DNA of 64,000 nt from Marsupella aquatica (Eukaryota > Plantae > Marchantiophyta), in the NCBI GenBank assembly GCA_973895155.1, contig OZ316894.1, positions 6,472,234-6,536,233 on the forward strand, given 5' to 3'. The notes below the pieces were generated by a model that was given only the letters and a program-made list of their open reading frames with translations, was not told where the DNA came from and made no database searches. Positions 63,341-64,000 of this stretch are shown here, in pieces. Within the stretch, counting starts at the first letter, position 1; every line of letters begins with the position of its first letter. The position numbers were made by a program, and so were the translations under genes.

Positions 63341-64000
63341 TTATTCTCTTTTCACGGACCTGTTTCGACCTTGAAGGAGGGGTATCCTGGCCCCTCGGGT
63401 TTCACCATATGTACTCAAGTTTGTCACGGACCATAAGCATCTACTCAGTTCAAGAAACTCGTTGTGGCTTTACGAAACGTGTTTGCAGTGCCACGCCCGA
63501 AGGTCCTGTATCTTGTCCTAGAAGCCGATCAGTAAGAGGAGTTCTTATACTTTGTTAGCTGCCCGATCGAACCAAAGAATTTCTCAACCGGGGTATACTT
63601 GTTTCTGTAAAAAATACTGAGCACAGATGCACGTGAAGGAACTGGACGACTCCGTTGTATTCAATCCGTCTAGCGTCTGCGAACGCTTGATTGGTTGCAG
63701 GAAACGCATTCATTTCTCCCGCATCCCGAAATGCTACAAACGATCCAGAGTGTATATGAATAAGGATCGGTGTAGGGCAGACCAGTGCAGAGCTGGATTT
63801 GGCTAGGTTACGATAGGGCTAAGACGAAGACCTTCTCAAAAACATAAAACTCATTTTTGCCTTTTGCACGAACTGTAAGCTGTTCTTCGCAAGCAGCTGT
63901 TGGCCGTCTGTCTACCTTTCTCTTCATATACATTGGACAACTTTGCCTCTTTCCGAGAATCCGCAACGATCGTCCTCGCAATTCCTCGCTCACAACAATC

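Overview
This is land-plant nuclear DNA with GT-AG introns. Long intron-containing 5' leaders suggest a non-seed plant such as a bryophyte, but that is inference. From left to right: (1) ~1-15398, the right-hand part of a large CACTA (En/Spm) transposon. It has ~570-bp tandem repeats, TnpD and TnpA-like genes broken by nonsense codons, and a right CACTA TIR. It also carries an intact stand-alone gene made almost entirely of an EDM2-type composite PHD histone-reader module. (2) Host genes CDT1, RPN12 and MOS2/GPKOW on +, separated by small repeats, a MITE-like family and decayed LINE remnants. (3) An intact, intronless, secreted six-bladed beta-propeller gene of a fungal-type family (hetero-Diels-Alderase AsR5/EupF-like), a horizontal-transfer candidate. 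(4) An adjacent defective PIF/Harbinger element with a Myb-like ORF, a DDE transposase and an unexpected third gene. (5) The multi-exon TAF1 gene on -. The top candidates are the CACTA-borne EDM2-like PHD gene and the fungal-like propeller gene. All protein family calls come from recognising motifs by eye; no searches were run.
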